Origin: Bacteroidota bacterium
GTDB taxonomy: Bacteria; Bacteroidota; Rhodothermia; Rhodothermales; Rubricoccaceae
DNA length: 51,443 nt
Direction of reading: 5' to 3'
Assembly (NCBI GenBank): GCA_038744895.1
Contig: JBCDLV010000001.1
Location: 1-51,443 of the forward strand
Below, one piece after another: positions 45,927 to 51,443 of this stretch; positions within the stretch are counted from its first letter, which is position 1, and every line of letters starts with the position of its first letter. The position numbers and the translations under genes were made by a program. The notes under the pieces were generated by a model. The model saw only the letters and a list, made by a program, of their open reading frames with translations, was not told where the DNA came from and did no database searches.

Positions 45927-47081
45927 CTACTCCAGTACGGTCACCATGTCGAACATCGGCAGGTAGATCGCGACGAGCACCCCGCCGACGACGAGACCCA
46001 GCACCACGATCAGGGCCGGCTCGATCACCGATGTCAGCACATCGACGGCCCCGTCGACCTCCTGCTCGAAGTGGTCTGCCGTCCGTTTCATCACCGACGC
46101 CAGCTCGCCCGTCTCCTCACCCACCGTCGCCATCTGCACGAGGAGCGGCGGGACGAACCGCGAGGCCGCGAGCTGCGGGGCGAGCGATCCGCCTCGAGCA
46201 ACAGCTCGGCGGGCGCCTTTGAGCACGCCTCGGAGCACGCGGTTGCCGGAGGCCCCGGCCGCGACCCCCAACGTGTCGACGAGCGGGACCCCGCTCCCGA
46301 GAAGCGTTGCGAGCGTCCGCGCCAGCCGGGCTGCGTGGCCCTTGACGGCAAGTGACCCGAGGATCGGTAGCCGGAGCCGAACGGCGTCCCAGGCGCGAGC
46401 GCCTGCCTCGGTGGCAAGCCCCGCGCGAAGCCCGAGCCCCCCGCCGAGGACGCCGAGCCCGATCAGGAGCGCGTGGTCGCGGAGCCCGTCCGAGAGCAGG
46501 AGGACGAGGCGGGTCGGAGCCGGGAGCGGGGCGTCGACGTCGGCGAAGAGTTCGGCGAACGTCGGGACCACGAACGCGAGCAGGAACGCGACCGCGCCCA
46601 CGGCCACGACGACGACGAGGGCCGGGTAGACGAGGGCGAGGGCCACCTTGCGCCGGAGCGCCGCCGTCTTTTCGAGGTCGTCGGCGACGCGGGCGAGCGC
46701 TTCCCCGAGCGTCCCCGACGTCTCGCCGACCCGGACCACCTCGGGGAGGACCGGCCCGAACGCGCTGGGGTGCCGGGCGAGGGCATCGGAGAGCGCGCCC
46801 CCCCGGCGAACGAGCCGCGCCGCATCCGAGAGCGCGTCCCGGAGAGGGCGTGACGACGCCTGCCGGGCTGCCCCATCGAGCGCGTCGACGAGCGGGAGCC
46901 GAGCGCCCACCATAACGGCGAGTGCACGGGTGGACTCAGCGAGCGCACGGGCGGGGACGCGCCGAGCGAGCCCGAGCGACGCAAGCGGTCGCGCAGCACT
47001 CTGAGCAGGACGCCGCCTCGTCGCCGTCGTCGTGCGCTTCGCCGTTCGGCGTGGCCTGGCCGGGGCAAGGGGACGTCTCAT
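45927..47081 (-). CDS. Type II secretion system F family / PilC platform protein
   Basis: Two repeats with GETSGTL and GEETGEL, ALVYPAL, IEPALIV, YLPMFDM; ATG 47081 overlaps the upstream stop. Confidence 0.92.
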   Translation of the reverse strand: MRRPLAPARPRRTAKRTTTATRRRPAQSAARPLASLGLARRVPARALAESTRALAVMVGARLPLVDALDGAARQASSRPLRDALSDAARLVRRGGALSDALARHPSAFGPVLPEVVRVGETSGTLGEALARVADDLEKTAALRRKVALALVYPALVVVVAVGAVAFLLAFVVPTFAELFADVDAPLPAPTRLVLLLSDGLRDHALLIGLGVLGGGLGLRAGLATEAGARAWDAVRLRLPILGSLAVKGHAARLARTLATLLGSGVPLVDTLGVAAGASGNRVLRGVLKGARRAVARGGSLAPQLAASRFVPPLLVQMATVGEETGELASVMKRTADHFEQEVDGAVDVLTSVIEPALIVVLGLVVGGVLVAIYLPMFDMVTVLE

Positions 47082-47617
47082 CCGCCGGGCGGGCTCTCGT
47101 ACTCGACGCCACGGTAGCGGAGGGTCACGAGCGACGGGGACACGGTGAGGACCTCGACCTCGCCGGCCCGCTCGCCGGCCCCGACGACCGCGCTTCCGCC
47201 GCCGTCGAGTTCCAGGATCGCCTTCTCCCCCACAACCCCGACGACGTAGACCGGAGGAACGGCCGGGGGCGGCGGCTCGGGCTCGACGTAGGGCTCCGAG
47301 TACGCGAGGGCGTCGTCGAAGGACATGGCGTCCTCGAACGGGTCGGACGCGGCCGGCGAGGTGGGCTGGGACGTACCGGACCGGACGAGACCAGGTGGCG
47401 GCTCGAACGGGTCCTGGACGCTCCCGAGGTAGGGTGCCGGAAGCCCCGGCGCGACGCCCCCTCCCCCGCTCGCGTCTGCGACCACGATCGGGTCGAGGTC
47501 GTCGGCCGGTCCTGAGAGCGCGCTCGTGACGCGCCACGCCACCGCCGCCCAGACGGCGAGGGCCACGGCCACGAGGGCCACGACGACACCCCTCCGGTCT
47601 CGCCACGTGCCCGTCAT
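47078..47617 (-). CDS. PilP/GspC-like membrane-anchored protein
   Basis: N-terminal TM helix, QDPF motif, Pro-rich linker, VVGVVGEKAIL...VVGAGE beta-domain; operon position. Confidence 0.6.
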   Translation of the reverse strand: MTGTWRDRRGVVVALVAVALAVWAAVAWRVTSALSGPADDLDPIVVADASGGGGVAPGLPAPYLGSVQDPFEPPPGLVRSGTSQPTSPAASDPFEDAMSFDDALAYSEPYVEPEPPPPAVPPVYVVGVVGEKAILELDGGGSAVVGAGERAGEVEVLTVSPSLVTLRYRGVEYESPPGG

Positions 47618-48186
47618 GGTCTGTCCCTCGACGCGCGGCGCTGGAGGGCGTCGACCTCGACCGTCGCCGTCACCGGCCCAGGCTCGAGGCCAGACCCCGC
47701 CAGCGAGAGCGAACGAACGCGGAGCGGGGAGCGCGCCCGCTCGACCGCGCTCACGAATCGGCCGACGGCTACAGTCGGCCCTCGGACCACGAGACGGACC
47801 GGAAGCACCTCGTAGCCCGCCTCGGCGACGGGCACGCCGGGCTCGACCTCGACGAGCGCCGCGCCGGCCGAGTCGGCCCAGGCGCCAAGCGCGCCGAGGA
47901 CGACGGAAAGCTCCCCGGACTCGGGCAGCTCGCCTGTCGTGCGGCCTGCACGCGCACGGAGCGCCCGGCGCTCGGCGTCGAGACGGGCCTGCTCGGCCGC
48001 CAGGTCGTCGCCCCCGAGGCGGCCGGCCTCGGCCCTCCACGCCGAGGCGAGGGCCGCGGCGTCGAGGCCCCTTGGGACAACCTCGACGACGAGCACGAGC
48101 GCTCCCAGCCCGGCGACGACAGCCGCAAGGAGCGGCCAGCGCGTGGCAGAGGGCCTCCGAGGAGACGGGGGGACGGCGAGCGGCAC
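47614..48186 (-). CDS. PilO/GspM-like protein
   Basis: TM helix, coiled coil, LPESGELSVVL...YEVLPVRLVVRG...VGRFVSAVE. Confidence 0.75.
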   Translation of the reverse strand: MPLAVPPSPRRPSATRWPLLAAVVAGLGALVLVVEVVPRGLDAAALASAWRAEAGRLGGDDLAAEQARLDAERRALRARAGRTTGELPESGELSVVLGALGAWADSAGAALVEVEPGVPVAEAGYEVLPVRLVVRGPTVAVGRFVSAVERARSPLRVRSLSLAGSGLEPGPVTATVEVDALQRRASRDRP

Positions 48187-48189
48187 GGG

Positions 48190-48801
48190 CTAGAGCAGTT
48201 CAGGCGAGGAGTCAGAGCGCGTGGGCCACCGCTCGGGCGTCCGCCAGGCGTGCGTGAGGGTCCGGTCGACCGTCCGGGACCGCCCCTGGAGCGCGAACCG
48301 AACCTGCACCGAGGGGGACGTCCGGTCGAGGTCCGTCTCGTCTGTGACAAAGACGGTCTCTCGACGAGCGCCGTCGACCTCGTCCGAAGGGGCGAGACGA
48401 GCCTCGAACGCGGTGGCGCGGACCTCGGGGCCGTGGACCCGCACCGTGTCGCGGTAGAGGACGCTGTCCCGGACAGCCCAGGCGATGCGGTCGGATTCTT
48501 CCAGGCCTGTTCGACCGGTTACAAGGACGAGGGAGTCCGGCCCCGCGTGAGTAGCGGTCTCCGCGCGACGGAGGTCACGAGCCAGGGCCGCCTCGGCGAG
48601 GTGGACGTCGGCGTCGAGGGCGAGGTCGCGTTCCCACCGCGTCATGGCCCGAGCTCCGAGGAGGTAAGCGGCCGTGGCGACGACGACGACGAGCCCCGTC
48701 ACAACCGTCGCGACGGTCACCTCGACGAGCGTGAAGCCCGCCTCGGGGTGACTCGCCTCTGGTAGGCGCTCGCGCCGGCCGGGGATCTGGAAGCTGCTCA
48801 C
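48190..48801 (-). CDS. Minor (pseudo)pilin with prepilin N-terminal cleavage/methylation motif
   Basis: EAG/FTLVEVTVATVV; GTG 48801 overlaps the upstream stop. Confidence 0.8.
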   Translation of the reverse strand: MSSFQIPGRRERLPEASHPEAGFTLVEVTVATVVTGLVVVVATAAYLLGARAMTRWERDLALDADVHLAEAALARDLRRAETATHAGPDSLVLVTGRTGLEESDRIAWAVRDSVLYRDTVRVHGPEVRATAFEARLAPSDEVDGARRETVFVTDETDLDRTSPSVQVRFALQGRSRTVDRTLTHAWRTPERWPTRSDSSPELL

Positions 48802-49202
48802 GGGACCTCGGCTGGGAGCGGCTCCGCATCCACCGGCACGAGGCGAGCAGCCTCCAGCGTCACGAGCGGGCCACGGTCCAAGCGGTAGACCTCCACCCGG
48901 AGGCCCAGCGCGCCTTCCACGGACTCGACCGAGCGCGCGATGCGCCACGGCCCCTCCTCGATGTCGGCCGTGCGGAGCGTGTCGGGGTCGGCGGCGAGGG
49001 CCGCCTCGACGTGGAAGCGCGCGAGGGCGAGGGCCTCCGAGCGGTGGCGAACGACGGGCGTGCGCGTAAGGGCGACGACGGCGAGGACCGTTGGCACGAA
49101 GACGGCAACGAGGAGCGCGAGCGCGACCGACGTCTCGACGAGCGTGTACCCGTCCTCGTCACGGAGGGAGGTGGCAAGCCGGCCGGGGCGAGGACCGATC
49201 AT
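48798..49202 (-). CDS. Minor (pseudo)pilin
   Basis: EDG/YTLVETSVALALL; ATG 49202. Confidence 0.8.
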   Translation of the reverse strand: MIGPRPGRLATSLRDEDGYTLVETSVALALLVAVFVPTVLAVVALTRTPVVRHRSEALALARFHVEAALAADPDTLRTADIEEGPWRIARSVESVEGALGLRVEVYRLDRGPLVTLEAARLVPVDAEPLPAEVP

Positions 49203-49705
49203 CCAGAAGCGAAAACGCCCCAAACGAGGAGCGCGTCCCAGACCTGGGCGAAGGGGACGGCCCAGAGCGCCAGGGCTACGCCGGCAGCGATGAACGGCGC
49301 GAAGGGGACTCGCTGACGCCGCGCGAGACGGCCGGTCGCCCGCCCTGCGAGGCCGACGACAGCGGCCACGGTCGCAGCGAGGTAGAGCGCCCACAGAACG
49401 GGCCACCCGACGAGAAGGGCGAGCGCGCCCCCGAGCTTGACGTCGCCCATCCCGAGTCCCGGCTGCCCGAAGGCGACGTGGCCGAGCGCCCGGACCCCGA
49501 GGAGCACGGCGCTCGTGACGAGCGCGGCCCCGAGGCGGACGAGAACGGTACCCGAAAGCACCGCCAGAGCCAGACCGACGGCGGCCGAGGCGGCGACGAG
49601 CGCGTTCGGGACCACGCCCCGCCGGAGATCCGTCCCGGCCGCAATCGCTGCGACGACGCACGCCACGACAACCCCGGCGGTGTCTACAGAGACGACCACT
49701 CCCAT
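49199..49705 (-). CDS. A24 prepilin peptidase (short form without the N-terminal Zn domain)
   Basis: TDLRRGVVPN, GLGMGDVKL (GxGD), VPFAPFI; multiple TM helices. Confidence 0.85.
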   Translation of the reverse strand: MGVVVSVDTAGVVVACVVAAIAAGTDLRRGVVPNALVAASAAVGLALAVLSGTVLVRLGAALVTSAVLLGVRALGHVAFGQPGLGMGDVKLGGALALLVGWPVLWALYLAATVAAVVGLAGRATGRLARRQRVPFAPFIAAGVALALWAVPFAQVWDALLVWGVFASG

Positions 49706-50172
49706 CAGTCTGGGGTGCGGTTCGTGATCTGCCCCGTCTCGTCGACCGTCCACTCGTCGAACGTCCCGTCTCCGTCGAAGTCGACGACGGCGCGGGCGAC
49801 GGCAACGTATCGGGCCGGCTCGGCCGTCTCGATCGTCACCAGGTAGCGGGCCGTGCCCCCTGCCTCGACCGTCGGCTCCTGCTCGAACCCCAGGACCGCC
49901 AGGTCCTCGCCGAACCGGTCGAACTCGAACCGGTGGGCGCGCTGGAGCGTGTGGACGTTGCGGAGCGCGAGCTTGGCCTCGGTCTGCTTGGCACGCGTCG
50001 CGACCGAGAGGAAGCGCGGGAGCGCCAGGAGCGCCAGGATGCCGATGATGACGACGACGATCAGGAGCTCCGTGAGCGAGAACCCCGCCGTCTCGCGAGC
50101 CGCCCTGCCTCCCCGCCGGAGCCACGAGGACAGTCGCTTTCGGGCCTCGGATCGGTGAGTACGTCGGTGCAT
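49705..50172 (-). CDS. Type IV pilin (major-pilin-like)
   Basis: AG/FSLTELLIVVVIIGILALLALPRF...AKQTEAK...DFDGDGTFDEWTVDE. Start is ATG 50172 or GTG 50184. Confidence 0.88.
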   Translation of the reverse strand: MHRRTHRSEARKRLSSWLRRGGRAARETAGFSLTELLIVVVIIGILALLALPRFLSVATRAKQTEAKLALRNVHTLQRAHRFEFDRFGEDLAVLGFEQEPTVEAGGTARYLVTIETAEPARYVAVARAVVDFDGDGTFDEWTVDETGQITNRTPD

Positions 50173-50200
50173 GGGGTCTATCACGTTCTTGTGTTGCTAG

Positions 50201-51443
50201 CTACGGCTGGGCTGGCGCCGAGTCAAGACGGATCGGGCCTCCAGAGACCCTCGGGACGGACCCACCCGCCACGGGGGCAACACGCCGGACGGAGGCGCGC
50301 TGCTGCACGACCTCGAACGATGGCTCACGCCCGAGACCCACCGGCACGTAAAACGGATCGGGGCGCGCCTCGCGGTCCACCGTGGCGTCGACGAGCCACC
50401 CGACGTAGACCGCCGGTGAGTCGAAGAGATAGAGGCCCCGCGCGAGGAGCGTCCCCTCGACCAGACCCCGCACTTCCGCCCGCCGAGCCGCGTAGACCAC
50501 GCCGCGGAGGACCGCCTCGGGGCTGGCGACGAGCCTTGCCGCCTCGCGCCCGCCTGCTTCCACCGGCAGGCCCTCACCCGCGGCATAGATGACGGACCCC
50601 TCGACGACGGCGTCCTCGATCTCCAGCCGGTCGTCGCGCGCGAGCGCAGCCCCCGAGGTGGACGGCCCGGCGACGTAGAGCACAGACGGGAAGGAGAAAC
50701 GAGATCCTCCACCCACAGTGAGCGCACGGCGGGCAAGCACTTGCCCTTGGAGCGAGACGTCTCCCTCAACCCGCACGCGGTCGGCAGTGAGGAGGACCCC
50801 CTCGCCCTCGACCGACTCTGTCACGTCGAGGCGGCCTCGAGCCGCGACCTGAGTACCCGTCGGCAAACGAAGCGGCCCGTCGAGGCGGAGGTCCCCCGCG
50901 CAGAGGACGACGACACGGCCCACCTCGGGGAGGGCACGGACGTCGAGGGCCGTGAGCACGGCACCGGGGGCCGCCATGAAAACTGACACCGAGTCGGCGT
51001 ACGGCCCCTCCCCTGCCGTCACCTCGGGGACTGCGGCCGGCACGAGGACTCTCGCCTCGGGGACCGGCGCGGCGTCGAGGTATGCCCCGAGGCGGTCCAG
51101 GGTCTCCTGGAAGGTCGAGGCGTCCAGGGCCGGGAGCGGGTCGCCACGCATGGCCGTCGAGGGGCCGTCGACGCCACCTCGGAACGGTCGCCGGGTGAGG
51201 GTCCCGGTCGTCCAGCCACGGGGGCCGGTCACAACCTCGCCGGTGACTGTCGTCCCGCCGCCGAGGGTGAGCGGCGAGAGCGTGTCGCCCCAGACGACGG
51301 CCGCGCGGAGCGCCTCGGGGGGCCGCTGCGCCACCTGGGCCGTCACCGTCGCCTCGGCGCGACCTCGGCGCGCGACGGAGGCCACCTCGACGTACCCGCC
51401 CAGCGCTCGGAGGTAGACCTGGGGAGGAGTGTCCGTTTCCCGA
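50201..51443 (-). CDS. PilX/GspK-like protein with a beta-solenoid region (5'-partial)
   Basis: Frame is open to the window edge; repeated G-hydrophobic beta motifs (SVEGEGVLL, SLQGQVLA, VVEGSVIY, VLRGVVYA); position in the pilin operon. Confidence 0.6.
   Translation of the reverse strand, partial: RETDTPPQVYLRALGGYVEVASVARRGRAEATVTAQVAQRPPEALRAAVVWGDTLSPLTLGGGTTVTGEVVTGPRGWTTGTLTRRPFRGGVDGPSTAMRGDPLPALDASTFQETLDRLGAYLDAAPVPEARVLVPAAVPEVTAGEGPYADSVSVFMAAPGAVLTALDVRALPEVGRVVVLCAGDLRLDGPLRLPTGTQVAARGRLDVTESVEGEGVLLTADRVRVEGDVSLQGQVLARRALTVGGGSRFSFPSVLYVAGPSTSGAALARDDRLEIEDAVVEGSVIYAAGEGLPVEAGGREAARLVASPEAVLRGVVYAARRAEVRGLVEGTLLARGLYLFDSPAVYVGWLVDATVDREARPDPFYVPVGLGREPSFEVVQQRASVRRVAPVAGGSVPRVSGGPIRLDSAPAQP

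Noticed and set aside
1-51443. tRNA, rRNA, CRISPR array, reverse transcriptase/retron, relaxase or T4SS genes
   Set aside because: No cloverleaf, repeat-spacer pattern, YxDD RT motif or relaxase/VirB4 motifs were recognised by eye; tRNAscan-SE, Infernal and HMM searches would be needed to exclude them formally.

Overview
Very GC-rich bacterial DNA. A T9SS C-terminal sorting domain together with the high GC suggests Rhodothermota (Rubrivirga/Rubricoccus-like); this is inference. Positions 1 to ~44.7 kb look like a mosaic mobile region or defence island. A plus-strand backbone of plasmid/ICE 'leading-region'-type genes (SLOG/DprA-like, N6-adenine MTase, strawberry-notch helicase, RadC, HIRAN-like/DUF6166), most preceded by strongly structured GC-rich leaders, is interleaved with cargo. 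The cargo comprises an Mrr-type nuclease-nSTAND3 NTPase, an uncharacterised coupled three-gene operon (divergent ART/NADase-like, all-helical, PIN-like/TPR-like), an AbrB-PIN toxin-antitoxin pair, a complete Lamassu/ABC-three-component system with a Cap4-type nuclease, an ATPase-DUF234 protein, two patatins, a helical-repeat plus PD-(D/E)XK pair cut by a deletion, two sigma-70-like proteins, a 2OG-Fe(II) oxygenase and an MBL hydrolase. The region ends with a Cre-like tyrosine recombinase coupled to a membrane protein, and a loxP-like inverted repeat at 44647-44675. An IS630 element (44772-45780) and a type IV pilus/T2SS-like operon follow. Several gene-fragment junctions point to repeated illegitimate recombination. 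The best candidate for an undescribed system is the operon at 3529-7617. No rRNA, tRNA or CRISPR array was recognised. All family assignments come from motifs read by eye; no searches were run.
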